This document shows, piece after piece, positions 29,864 to 39,733 of a DNA stretch of 64,000 nucleotides. Under the pieces are notes generated by a model. That model was not told where the DNA came from and did not search any database. It saw nothing but the letters and a program-made list of their open reading frames with translations. The translations under genes were made by a program, and so were the position numbers. Source of the stretch: Candidatus Latescibacterota bacterium (lineage in GTDB: Bacteria > Latescibacterota > UBA2968 > UBA8231); assembly GCA_965206595.1 (NCBI GenBank), contig OZ242214.1, positions 3,840,001 through 3,904,000 on the forward strand, in the 5' to 3' direction. How positions within the stretch are numbered: the stretch's first letter is position 1; every line of letters begins with the position of its first letter.

Positions 29864-29940
29864 GCACCCATAGCTCAATTGGATAGAGCATCTGGCTTCG
29901 GACCAGAGGGTTGGGGGTTCGAGTCCTCTTGGGTGCGCCA
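29864..29940 (+). tRNA. tRNA-Arg, anticodon TCG
   Basis: GCACCCA/TGGGTGC acceptor stem, anticodon arm TCTGG-CTTCGGA-CCAGA, GGTTCGAGTCC T-arm, encoded CCA; 77 nt. Confidence 0.95.
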
Positions 29941-29959
29941 TTATTTTGGCCCTTCCGCG

Positions 29960-30580
29960 ATGAAACTCGCCCGCTTTCTACTGGTCCTCTTCTGGTGCTG
30001 GCCGCTGACTGTCTCGGGGCAGGAATCGGCAATCTCCGGTGTGTGGGAGCTGCATTCCGAGGATGGCTTCGGGTCGGTTTCGCTGCGCCTGCAGACTTCG
30101 GCAGACGGCAGCCTTTCCCTGAAAGCCGCGGGGAGAGCCGGCCCCGAGCTGCTCGACCTGGTCGGGGATGAGCTCGCCTTCCTCCCGGACAGCCTCGTGG
30201 CCGCGGTCGACGGCGCCGGTACCTGGCGGGCCGACGGCGATTCCCTGCGCATCTCCTGGTCGCAGCTGGACATAGCCGTAAACGGCGTGCCGCTAACCCG
30301 TTTCCTCGACGCCCTCGCCGCCGATCTCGCGGACGCCCTGGATGATGATTTTCAGCTGGAGGAAGAGGAGCTCGAAGCGTTCCGGGAGTCGGTGGCGAGC
30401 ATGCTGCTCGGCCAGCTCTCCGGCCTGCTGCTTCTCGACGATTCCGTGGCGGCCCGCTTCAGCGTCGAAGAGGACCGCCTGACGCTGACGACCTCGGATG
30501 GCTCGGTGTCGCTTTATCGTTCCGGCGGGGACAGCGCGGTCCGGGAGCTCAGCTGGGGCTACGTCAAGAGCGCACGATAG
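29960..30580 (+). CDS. Secreted hypothetical protein with C-terminal SWGxVK tail
   Basis: MKLARFLLVLFWCWPLTVSG signal peptide; ISGVWEL lipocalin-like start; ends SAVRELSWGYVKSAR. Confidence 0.75.
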   Translation: MKLARFLLVLFWCWPLTVSGQESAISGVWELHSEDGFGSVSLRLQTSADGSLSLKAAGRAGPELLDLVGDELAFLPDSLVAAVDGAGTWRADGDSLRISWSQLDIAVNGVPLTRFLDALAADLADALDDDFQLEEEELEAFRESVASMLLGQLSGLLLLDDSVAARFSVEEDRLTLTTSDGSVSLYRSGGDSAVRELSWGYVKSAR

Positions 30581-30620
30581 GCTTGCCAAGGGCGATTCCG
30601 CTCCCTGGCGTCACACTCAC

Positions 30621-31133
30621 TTATTGTTTTTCAACGCTTCCGAGAACGCCAGCGGTGTCAATGCGGGCGACAATGCGCATGGTGACGACGTCGTATATGC
30701 TGCGTATGTCCCCGGAACGGATGACGAACTCCCCGATTTCCACCTTCGCCTCCCGGGCCTGCAGAACCACCGGCAGGCCGAAGGGGATGAAGTTGTCGAG
30801 GAGGAATCCCTGGTCGTCGAGGAAGCGCAGATCGTAGCGCAGCTCCACCGGGCGTTCCGCCGTGCCGCGGAACTGTATCCGGTAGAGACCGTCGATTTCG
30901 AGGTCGCCTATGGCGTCGAAGGCCGCGGTCAGGGGCCGCCAGTAGACGCTGTCGACGGCCACGGCCTCCTCCAGTCCGGCAGGTGCGCGCTCGACCTGGT
31001 ATTCGCTCGAAAGGTCGAAGATGCCGTCGTCCTCGAAGCCGGTGCCGCAGCCGCCGGCAGCGGCGAGGGCGAGCGCGAGCAACAGAACGCGCGGAAGTCC
31101 TGCGAATGTCGAGATTCGTGCCACAGTTCTCAT
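30621..31133 (-). CDS. Putative lipoprotein
   Basis: Hydrophobic segment and lipobox-like AGGC; YDLRFLDDQGFLLD. Confidence 0.65.
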   Translation of the reverse strand: MRTVARISTFAGLPRVLLLALALAAAGGCGTGFEDDGIFDLSSEYQVERAPAGLEEAVAVDSVYWRPLTAAFDAIGDLEIDGLYRIQFRGTAERPVELRYDLRFLDDQGFLLDNFIPFGLPVVLQAREAKVEIGEFVIRSGDIRSIYDVVTMRIVARIDTAGVLGSVEKQ

Positions 31134-31401
31134 GGGGTGCGGGGGCAGCGATCGGACTGATACGGACGGCGAAATTTATGGAAAAGGACCGCACGATGGT
31201 CCAGTACCCGGCGGCAGGTGTTCAGGCCATGCCATCCAGCACCTGGAGATCGGTTCCCGGCGCTTGGGGGAAGCTCGCCGAGAGCCAACCGGCCGCCAGC
31301 GTTCCAACGCTCTTCCCGTAACCCACCTGGCAACCCTCTTGCTCCTGCCTCCGGCTTCGCGCTAGACTTGGTTTCTCCATCCCACTTACCCGGACAAGCC
31401 C

Positions 31402-32340
31402 TTGAACCCTTCCGAAAGCACGCCGCAACCGCTGTTCCGGTTTCTGCAGATGAGCGACCTGCACATCACCGCCGACCCGGCGCGGGCCCCGTTCGTCCGC
31501 GCCGTCGAGCGCGCCCGCTGGCTGACCTCCGAGCTGGCCGGCGGCAGCCTCGCCGGCATCGACCTCGTCCTCTGCGTCGGGGACGCCATCAACGGCGGCT
31601 CCCCGGACGAAGCCCGGGAGGACTACGAAGCCTTCAACGCCCTTACCAGGGAGATGCCCCAGCCGCTGCTGGCGGTGCCGGGCAACCACGAGACCAACGC
31701 CCGCGAAGGGGACCCGGAGTACGCCGCCCTTTTCCAGCAGGGGTTCGGGGTCGCCGCCACGAGCCACGCTCACAGACACGGGGACCTGCTGTTCGTGATG
31801 CTCGACAACTCCGGCTCCAGCACCTGCGGCCCGGAGGTGTACGCCCGCCGCGAGCGCTGGCTGCGCGACACCCTCGAGGCGCATCGCGGTCTTCCCAAGA
31901 TCCTCTGCTGCCACGTGCCGCTGGTGCCGATGCGGGACGCTTCGCTGCTTGCCCGGTCGCTGAGAATCGAGTCCTGGATGACGCGCGAGCCGGAGATCCT
32001 CGCCCTCGTCGAGGAACACGCCGACAGCGTCATCGCAGTGCTCAGCGGCCACCTTCACGTCACCGGGCTGGTCTGCAGGCATTCGATCTTTCACATAACG
32101 GTATCCGGCACCGCTTCGTTTCCCAGCGACTACGCTGTCTACTCCGTGTTCGAGGACCGCATCGAGGTGGAGGCGAAACAGCTGCCCCTCGAGCTCCTCG
32201 ACCGGGTCACCGACCTGCACGCAGCCGGGCGCCACGGAGTCGACCTGGCCGACGACGTCCACCCCACCCATGCCGAGTACGTGATGGGCACCTACGACGA
32301 GCGCCGCTTCGCCATGCCGATGAAACGGCCGCAGGCGTGA
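31402..32340 (+). CDS. Metallophosphoesterase (Icc/CpdA-like)
   Basis: SDLH, VGD, PGNHE, CHVP, SGHLH. Confidence 0.87.
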   Translation: MNPSESTPQPLFRFLQMSDLHITADPARAPFVRAVERARWLTSELAGGSLAGIDLVLCVGDAINGGSPDEAREDYEAFNALTREMPQPLLAVPGNHETNAREGDPEYAALFQQGFGVAATSHAHRHGDLLFVMLDNSGSSTCGPEVYARRERWLRDTLEAHRGLPKILCCHVPLVPMRDASLLARSLRIESWMTREPEILALVEEHADSVIAVLSGHLHVTGLVCRHSIFHITVSGTASFPSDYAVYSVFEDRIEVEAKQLPLELLDRVTDLHAAGRHGVDLADDVHPTHAEYVMGTYDERRFAMPMKRPQA

Positions 32341-34529
32341 CGAAAGCGCTCGCGGGCAGGTTGCGGCCAGTCCTGGCCGCGGGGCTGTTTCTCCTTCCTT
32401 CCCTTTCCGAGGCGGCAGCCGTCCCTTCCGCCGCGGGCGCTGCCCCGTCCGACACCACGGCCGTTGATTCAGAAACCCCCGTTCAGTTGCCCGCGGTGGA
32501 GGTCACCGCCACCCGGGTGCCGTCGCCGCTGCAGGAGGTCCCGTTCAGCGTCGACCGGCTCGGCGCCGGCTCCTTTCGCGGAGAACCCGGGGTCTCCCTC
32601 GACGAAGCCCTGCGGCAGCTTCCCGGAGTCGCGGTGAGCGACCGCGGCAACCTGTCGCAGGGGGACCGCGTCTCGATCCGCGGCATCGGCAGCCGCGCCA
32701 GCTTCGGCGTGCGCGGCATCCGCGTCCTGCTGGACGACGTGCCCCTGACCATGCCGGACGGCCAGTCGCAGCTCAACAACCTCGACCTCCACGCCATCGG
32801 GGAGGCCGAGGTGCTGCGCGGGCCGAGCTCCTGGCTCTACGGCAACGCCGCCGGAGGGGTCATCCATTTCCGCACCCGCCCCGCGGCCGCCGCGGCCGGT
32901 TTCGAGCCGGGGGTGATCGTCGGCTCGGACGGCATGAGACAGGTGCGGGCGTCCGCTGATTTCTCGCCCTCCGGGCACGCTCTCCTTCTCAGCGCCGGCC
33001 AGCTGGAGCGGGAGGGGTACCGCGATCACGCAAGCGGCCTCTGGCGGCGCTTCAATTTCGCCGGCACCCACCCGGTCACCGGGTCGGTCGCGGTAACCTC
33101 GGTTTTCAATTTCGTCGACGCCCCCTACCTGCTGAATCCGAGCTCCCTGTCCCGCGAGGCCGCGGACAGCGACCCGCGCAGCGCCCGCTTCTTCGTTCGC
33201 TCCCAGGGCGCCTCCAAGCGGTTGCGACAGGGCCAGGGGGGGTTGACGCTGACCGCGGCCCGAGGCCGCAGCCATCTGCAGCTCACCCTCTACGGCCTGG
33301 CGCGCTCCCTCGACAACCCGATTCCCGGCCGCATCATCGAGCTCGACCGCCGCGGCGGCGGGGTGCGCTCGACCCTCACCCGGCCCCTGCGCCTGGCCGG
33401 CAGGGAGGCGCGCCTGACGGCAGGGGTCGACATCGAAGGCCAGTGGGACGAGCGCGCCGAGTTCGCCAACGAGGGGTTGCCGGAGGAGCGGATCGACGCC
33501 CTGCCTGCCTCCGAGGTGCTCGACGCCGTCGTCTACGGAGAGCGCTCGCTGCTGCAGGACGAGCAGGTGACCGGCCTCGGACCGTTCGCCGCCTTCGACC
33601 TCAAGCTGTCTCCGCGCTTGACCCTGTCGGCAGGCGGCCGTTTCGACCGCTACCGGTTCGAAGCCGGGGACCGCCACCTCGCCGACGGCAGCGACGACAG
33701 CGGGGAACGCACCATGAGCCGGTTCAGCCCCGCCATCGGGGTCGCCTTCTCCCCCCGGGAGCAGGTCACCGCCTTCGCCAACTACGCCACCGCCTTCCAG
33801 ACCCCGACCACCGTCGAGCTGAACAACCGCCCCGGTGGGGCCGGCGGCTTCAACCCCGACCTCGACCCGGAGCTGCTGCGCAGCCTGGAGGCCGGGCTCA
33901 GGGGAGCGTGGACCCGGCCGTCACTGGAGTACTCCCTGGCGCTCTTCCGCTTCACCCTCGACGACATGCTGATCCCGTATCAGCTCGCCGGCAGCGACGA
34001 GATCTTCTACCGCAACGCCGGACGCACGGGCAACCGCGGCCTGGAGACGCGGTTCTCCTGGACGCCGCGGCCGCGGTGGAGGCTTTCGCTGAGCTACTCG
34101 TTCGGCGACTTCACCTTCGAGGAGTTCGCCGTCGAGAGAGACGGGAAACCGGTGCAGCTCGCCGGCAACCAGGTGCCCGGGGCGCCGCGCCACCAGCTCT
34201 GGTCGCAGCTGGAGTACCGCCTCTCCGCATTCACGGGCGGGCTCGAGCTGCGCCGGGTAGGGGAGTATTTCGCCAACGATTTCAACGGGCCGCCCCCGGG
34301 AGTCGACAAGCCTCGGGGCGACTACGTCAACCTCGCCTTCACCACCCTCGATCTCCGCTTCGCGCTGCGGTCGCGGTGGCCTCGCCCCCTGGAGCTGTTC
34401 GCCGGCGCCGGCAATCTCCTCGACGCCGCCTACAGCGGCTCGGTGGTGCCCAACGCCTTCGGCGACCGCTTCTTCGAGCCGGCCCCCGGGCGTTCCGCTG
34501 ACGCCGGGCTCTCGCTCCTGTTTGACTGA
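32337..34529 (+). CDS. TonB-dependent receptor
   Basis: Signal peptide, VEVTATR TonB box, SIRGIG, EVLRGPSSWLYG, FFEPAPGR; GTGA overlap start. Confidence 0.92.
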   Translation: MTKALAGRLRPVLAAGLFLLPSLSEAAAVPSAAGAAPSDTTAVDSETPVQLPAVEVTATRVPSPLQEVPFSVDRLGAGSFRGEPGVSLDEALRQLPGVAVSDRGNLSQGDRVSIRGIGSRASFGVRGIRVLLDDVPLTMPDGQSQLNNLDLHAIGEAEVLRGPSSWLYGNAAGGVIHFRTRPAAAAAGFEPGVIVGSDGMRQVRASADFSPSGHALLLSAGQLEREGYRDHASGLWRRFNFAGTHPVTGSVAVTSVFNFVDAPYLLNPSSLSREAADSDPRSARFFVRSQGASKRLRQGQGGLTLTAARGRSHLQLTLYGLARSLDNPIPGRIIELDRRGGGVRSTLTRPLRLAGREARLTAGVDIEGQWDERAEFANEGLPEERIDALPASEVLDAVVYGERSLLQDEQVTGLGPFAAFDLKLSPRLTLSAGGRFDRYRFEAGDRHLADGSDDSGERTMSRFSPAIGVAFSPREQVTAFANYATAFQTPTTVELNNRPGGAGGFNPDLDPELLRSLEAGLRGAWTRPSLEYSLALFRFTLDDMLIPYQLAGSDEIFYRNAGRTGNRGLETRFSWTPRPRWRLSLSYSFGDFTFEEFAVERDGKPVQLAGNQVPGAPRHQLWSQLEYRLSAFTGGLELRRVGEYFANDFNGPPPGVDKPRGDYVNLAFTTLDLRFALRSRWPRPLELFAGAGNLLDAAYSGSVVPNAFGDRFFEPAPGRSADAGLSLLFD

Positions 34530-35665
34530 GCCTCGGCACCTTCCGCCTTGCGCAGGCGGGCGACGAAGAACCCCTCCATGACGCCGTCGGGCCAGATCCG
34601 CAGGGCCCGCTTCAGGCCCGGGTCCAGCTCCTTCTTGCGCCAGCGCGTGATTCCCGCGGACCCGGAGGCCAGCGCAAGCTCGATCCCCTCCAGGCGCAGG
34701 CAGCCGAAGCGCCGCAGGGCCCACTCGACGACGAGCTCGTTCTCTTCCGGGGCGAAGGTGCAGGTGCAGTAGACGAGCAGACCGCCCGGCCTCAGGGCCC
34801 GGACCGCGGAGTAGAGCAGCCGCCTCTGCCGGCGGCCCATCTCCCCGATCTTCCTCCCGCTCCAGCGCGCCAACGGCCGGGGGTCCGTTGTCGTGAAGCG
34901 GCCCTCCCCGGTGCAGGGGGCGTCGAGGAGGACGCGGTCGAAATGCTCCGGCCGCACCCTCCAGACCCCGGCCCCGTCCCTGTGGTAGGTGTCGGCGTTC
35001 TCCACTCCGAGCTGCTCGAGGGTACCCCGCAGGCGGAAGAAGCGCGGCCGCGACGATTCCACCGCGGCGATGCGGCCGCTGTTTCCCATCAGGGCGGCGA
35101 TGTGGGAGGTCTTGCCGCCGGGTGCCGCGGCGAGGTCGAGCACCTCTTCCCCTGCCCGCGGATCGAGCGCCAGGGCTGGGATCATGCTCGAGGGGTTCTG
35201 GATGAACAGCCGGCCCTCGGCGTTCGCCCGGGTCTCGGTCAGGGCGCGCCGCTGCTCTTCGCCGACCGCGAAGGCGCCGGAGATCCCGGGCACGGGACGC
35301 AGCGCGAACCCCTCGGACTCCAGCTCGGCCTGAAGCGAGGCGGGGTCGGTTTTAAGGCTGTTGCAGCGGAAGGCGGTAGCCCGCTCCCGCTCGAAGGCGG
35401 ACCAGTCGACCTCGACCCCGGCATGGGAGCCGATTTCCGTCAGGCGCTCGACGAAGGCCGGCGGCAGCGCGGTCCCGGATTCGGACAGATTCTCCATGTA
35501 TCTCCATGCCGCCTCCGCCGGATGGACCGGCGCCCGTTTCCCGTTCGACGCCGGGAGCCGCACGGGACGCTCGAGTCCCGGCTGCTCCGGCATGCGTTTC
35601 GGCTGGTCCGTTTGCTGCGGGGCTGGCGTGCTTTCAAGGTCGTCCTCTCCTGCTTTAGGTGCCAT
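34430..35665 (-). CDS. RsmB/RsmF/NOP2-family RNA m5C methyltransferase
   Basis: VLDLAAAPGGKT, LLDAPCTGEG, VYCTCTFAPEENE; start uncertain (35665 or 35497). Confidence 0.9.
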   Translation of the reverse strand: MAPKAGEDDLESTPAPQQTDQPKRMPEQPGLERPVRLPASNGKRAPVHPAEAAWRYMENLSESGTALPPAFVERLTEIGSHAGVEVDWSAFERERATAFRCNSLKTDPASLQAELESEGFALRPVPGISGAFAVGEEQRRALTETRANAEGRLFIQNPSSMIPALALDPRAGEEVLDLAAAPGGKTSHIAALMGNSGRIAAVESSRPRFFRLRGTLEQLGVENADTYHRDGAGVWRVRPEHFDRVLLDAPCTGEGRFTTTDPRPLARWSGRKIGEMGRRQRRLLYSAVRALRPGGLLVYCTCTFAPEENELVVEWALRRFGCLRLEGIELALASGSAGITRWRKKELDPGLKRALRIWPDGVMEGFFVARLRKAEGAEAQSNRSESPASAERPGAGSKKRSPKALGTTEPL

Positions 35666-35821
35666 GTAACCGCGCTTGGAGTAGTTTGTGCGCGGCACTG
35701 TGTGGGACACCGGAAACCCGGTCGAGGACCTGACACCCACGGCAGGTCCGAGCCCTCACAGGCCGCAGCTTAGGTATATTGCCCGCCCGACTGTACCGGC
35801 TTTGTGCCCGAGGAGAATGAG

Positions 35822-36841
35822 ATGGCGAGGATTCTGCGACAGGCCACCGTCGTGCGTGACGGAAATCACAACGCCTTTACCGATCTTCAGTACTGGCAGG
35901 GATGCTACTGGGTAGCGTACCGCAAGGGCGCGGGACACGTATCCATGGATGGCGCCGCGACCCTTTCCGTGTCCTGCGACCGCACCCGATTTCGCGAAGT
36001 CGCGCACGTTCACACGCCCGGCGACAATCGCGACCCCAAGCTTCTGCCGGTGAGCGAGGACCGGATGGCCCTGTACTTCCCGAGCTGGACACGCGGCTAC
36101 GAGGCCCGGGAACTGCAGCAATACATCACCTTTTCGGGTGACGGACACGATTGGGAGAAACCCGCTCCCATCCTCTCCCCCGGGAACTGGCTCTGGCGCG
36201 TCCGGCGACACGACGATCGCTACTACGGACTGATCCAGAACCTTACCGGGGAGTGGGACCGCGAGGGCATGCCGCACCAGCTCGACCTGGCAGTGAGCGA
36301 CGACCTGCTCGAGTGGGAGGTCATCGCCCGGGTTGGCGAGGAGTACGGGCTGAACGAAAGCGACATTTTCTGGCGGGACGACGGCGAAGCCTGGATCGTC
36401 TCGCGCAGCGTGGTCAGGCACTTCGGCAGCTGCTTCTGCTCGGCGCAGCCGCCCTACACCGAGTGGCAGGTTACCGAGCTGTCGCCGATGGTGCATGCAC
36501 CCGTTTTCCTGCACTGTGAAGGAGAGCTCTATGTCGCCGGCCGCAACATGCCTTCGGTCGAAGGGGACGCCACCTTTCCGTTCAAGTCCGCCAGCGTGGG
36601 CATCTGGCGGGTCCAACGCGAAGAGCTCGTACCCGTCCTGCGCATTCCCGCCACCGGCGATTGCTCCTACCCCGGCATGATCCTGGACCCCGAAGGCCGA
36701 GTCTGCTTGAGCTACCACTCTCAGCACGCATATCACATGGGGGTGCTGCCCCTCCCGTCGCGCGTCCGGCCGCATCCCGACAACGACGCCTCCCTGCTGG
36801 AGGCGGATGACGTGTACTTCGCCGAACTCGAACTGCCGTGA
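35822..36841 (+). CDS. Sialidase-like beta-propeller hypothetical protein
   Basis: HNAFTDL, DNRDPKL, WLWRV, GDCSYPG, SYHSQH; AGGAG RBS. Confidence 0.75.
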   Translation: MARILRQATVVRDGNHNAFTDLQYWQGCYWVAYRKGAGHVSMDGAATLSVSCDRTRFREVAHVHTPGDNRDPKLLPVSEDRMALYFPSWTRGYEARELQQYITFSGDGHDWEKPAPILSPGNWLWRVRRHDDRYYGLIQNLTGEWDREGMPHQLDLAVSDDLLEWEVIARVGEEYGLNESDIFWRDDGEAWIVSRSVVRHFGSCFCSAQPPYTEWQVTELSPMVHAPVFLHCEGELYVAGRNMPSVEGDATFPFKSASVGIWRVQREELVPVLRIPATGDCSYPGMILDPEGRVCLSYHSQHAYHMGVLPLPSRVRPHPDNDASLLEADDVYFAELELP

Positions 36842-36917
36842 GCCGCGCACTCACACCACAGCCGCCGGGGATTGAACGACGGCCAGGTCGTCGGCGCCCG
36901 GAAACCGAGCCGGAAAA

Positions 36918-37709
36918 ATGACACCGGAACAACGCTACTGGTTCGATCTGACCGGGTACCTCCACCTGGAGCGGGTACTGCAGGGTGAGGAGCTGGCGCG
37001 GGCCCAGGAGGCCGTGGACCGTTACTTCGACACGCCGCCGGAGAATCTGCCGGAGGGGTACCGGATCTTCGAAAAGGAGTACCATCACGCCATCGGCTTC
37101 GACCCGGCCCTCGACGCCCTCGCCGTGCACCCGAAGACCTGGCCGATCGTCCGCGAGCTCACCAACGGAAGGCCGCAGATGTCGGGCAGCGGGGTCATCT
37201 GCAACAGGCAGGGAGAAGGGGGGCTTTCCCTGCACTGCGCGCGCGAGGACTACGGCTTCGAAGCGACGCGCTACGAGTCCCGCGACGGGCGCGTCTACTG
37301 CAACGACTTCGTCATCTTCTTCTACCTCACCGAAGTACAGCCCGGCGACGGCGGTCTCGTCCTCGTTCCCGGCTCCCACAAGAGCGCCTTCCCGCGGCCG
37401 CAGGAGTCGTTCCACAACGGCGTGATCGGCGACGAGCTTCCCCCCGGGGTCGTCAACCTAACCCCGGCCGCCGGCGACGCCGTCCTCTTCACGGAGCTGA
37501 CCACCCACGGGGTCATCCCCTGGCAGCCGGTGGACCGAGAGCGGCGCATGGTCAACTACCGCTACAAGACCCAGAGCCGCGGCTGGGAGCACCGCTTCAC
37601 CGGCGGCCTGAAGGCCCTGCTGCCGCCGCCGCTGGTCGAGCTCGTCAGCGACGAGGACTACATGCACCGCAAGGAAATCGGCCGCACCGACACCGTCGAG
37701 CTGGGCTGA
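36918..37709 (+). CDS. PhyH family Fe/2OG enzyme with an HxA motif
   Basis: FDLTGYL, LHCA, YLTEV.PGDGG..VPGSHK, AGD...THG...R. Confidence 0.85.
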   Translation: MTPEQRYWFDLTGYLHLERVLQGEELARAQEAVDRYFDTPPENLPEGYRIFEKEYHHAIGFDPALDALAVHPKTWPIVRELTNGRPQMSGSGVICNRQGEGGLSLHCAREDYGFEATRYESRDGRVYCNDFVIFFYLTEVQPGDGGLVLVPGSHKSAFPRPQESFHNGVIGDELPPGVVNLTPAAGDAVLFTELTTHGVIPWQPVDRERRMVNYRYKTQSRGWEHRFTGGLKALLPPPLVELVSDEDYMHRKEIGRTDTVELG

Positions 37710-37737
37710 CCCCGCAAACCCGCACCGTCCGTCTCCG

Positions 37738-39393
37738 TTGACGCGACCCAGGTCGCCCTTCACTGCCAAGGGGTTCATCGTCGGGACCGTGTTCTCGGTC
37801 GCGGTGAGCCTGTGCGCGCCGTACGTCGTCTTCGTGCTCCAGGCCTCGGCCATGGGGATCAACAGCTCCTCGCCGGGGGCCATCTTTTTTCTCCTCGTCT
37901 TCGCCGTCAACGCCCTGCTCGGCCTGGTCGGGAGATGCTTCTCCCTCGGCCGGGGGGATCTCGTCCTCGTCTACGCCATGCTGATGATGGCGGTGACCGC
38001 GCCGACCTACAACTTCCTCAACTTCCTCATCGTCATAATCACCGGGCCGTACTACATGGCCACCGCGGAGAACGAGTTCGCCGAGATCTACCACCCCTAC
38101 ATCCCCGACTGGATGGTTCCGCAGGACCGCTACGCGATCTTCCATCTCTACGAAGGCCTGCCCCGCGGCGAGTCGATTCCCTGGGGAGCCTGGATCGAGC
38201 CGCTCGGCCACTGGTTCCCCTTCTACCTCGCGCTGAGCTTCATGATTTCTGCATGGCCGCGATCATGCACCGGCAGTGGTCGCGGCACGAGCGCCTCAGC
38301 TATCCGATGGTGCAGCTGCCGGCGCGCATGCTCGACGGGGCCGACTCCCCCGGCGGCCGCATCCTGCCCTTCTTCAGGAAGAGGGGGATGTGGCTGGGTT
38401 TCGCGATCCCCTTCACGCTTTTCAGCCTCACCGGGCTGAACCACTACTACCCGAGCATACCGGAGTTCCCCTTCTACCTCGGCTGGGTGAACTGGTTTCG
38501 AAGTATCGATGCCTGGGGCGAAGGAATCGCCCTGAGCTACGCCTGGCTCGGCTTCTTCTACCTCGTCGACCTCGACATCTCCTTCAGCATCTGGTTCTTC
38601 TACCTCGTGACTCAAGCTGCAGGGCGGGCTGTTCCGCCGTGTCGGGATCGCCAGCACCGAGCGGCTCAGCTATTTCGAGTACTCGCAGACCGCGGACTTC
38701 TCCCACCAGGCCGCCGGGGCCGTCTTCGTCTTCGTCCTCTACGGCCTGTGGATCGCCCGCCGCCACCTGCGCGACGTCGTCGTCAAGGCCTGGCGGCCCT
38801 CGCAGGGAGTGGACGACAGCGAAGAGCTTATGCCCTACAGGCTGGCCTTCTTCGGCACGATCGGCTCGGGGATCTTCGTCTGCGCCTGGCTCTGGCGGTC
38901 GGGCATTCCGCTGGTCGTCCTGCCGCTCTTCTTCGGCGTCTGCCTCGCGGCAACCTGGATGAACCTGCGCATGGGCTACACCTACGGCGGCAACAACCTC
39001 GGCACCTATCCGGGGTTCGCCTACAGCTGGAACTATCTGCTGTCGTGGATGCACAACCCGACCGCACCCGACCTCCGCGGCTGGGTGTTCACCGGCATCG
39101 GCGGGACCGTGGAAGGGCTCCTGCTCCTGGCGCAGAAGCGCTGGTTCTGGTGGCCACTTCATCCGCTGGGGTTCACCGTCGCCGTCGGCTGGCTCACCAG
39201 CGAGATCTGGTTCCCCGCCTTCCTCGCCTGGGGCCTCAAGGCGGTCATCTTGGGGTATGGCGGGATACGGGTCTACCAGTTCTTCAAGCCGCTCTTCCTC
39301 GGCATGATCCTCGGAGAGGTGAGCGTGGGCGGGTTCTGGGCCGTCGTCGATGCCATCGCCGGGGGCACGGGGAACGTCATCACCTACATGTGA
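37738..39393 (+). pseudogene. Polytopic membrane protein (DUF6785/DUF6784-like), frameshifted and apparently internally deleted
   Basis: HRQWSRHERLSYPMVQLP and WWPLHPLGF motifs; compensating frameshifts near 38247 and 38610; abrupt junction near 38948. Confidence 0.7.
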
Positions 39394-39733
39394 GGGCGGG
39401 GGCCGGCACACTGAGAGAGATAGCCAAGCTCGGAGATCAATCTGCTCCTCGAGGCGTTTGCGCGAGCAATCAAGGCGCTGAACGCACCCACAGGGGCAAA
39501 GGTCCCTGAAGATCGTTTGCAGATCCTTCGGCAGGACTCTCAGTACGGTTAGTTAGGTTGCCGTTGGGCACGTATCCGCCCGGATCAGGATCCACCGCTC
39601 GTCTGCATGAGGACGCCCCGGAAGCCGGCGCCTAGGTCACGGACCTGGACGGGCCAACTCGTCCGCACGCGGACGGCCCCTGTCCAACAATCCGGGACCA
39701 CCTCATACAGCCAAGGCACTCCGCTGCGCTTTG

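Noticed and set aside
29864-30580. Island integrated at tRNA-Arg
   Set aside because: No integrase or duplicated tRNA-Arg 3' end nearby; the remnant at 42550 resembles tRNA-fMet instead.
31218-32336. N-terminal extension making an 1103-aa TonB receptor
   Set aside because: Arg/Pro-rich off-frame reading of the phosphoesterase gene; the signal peptide begins at 32337.
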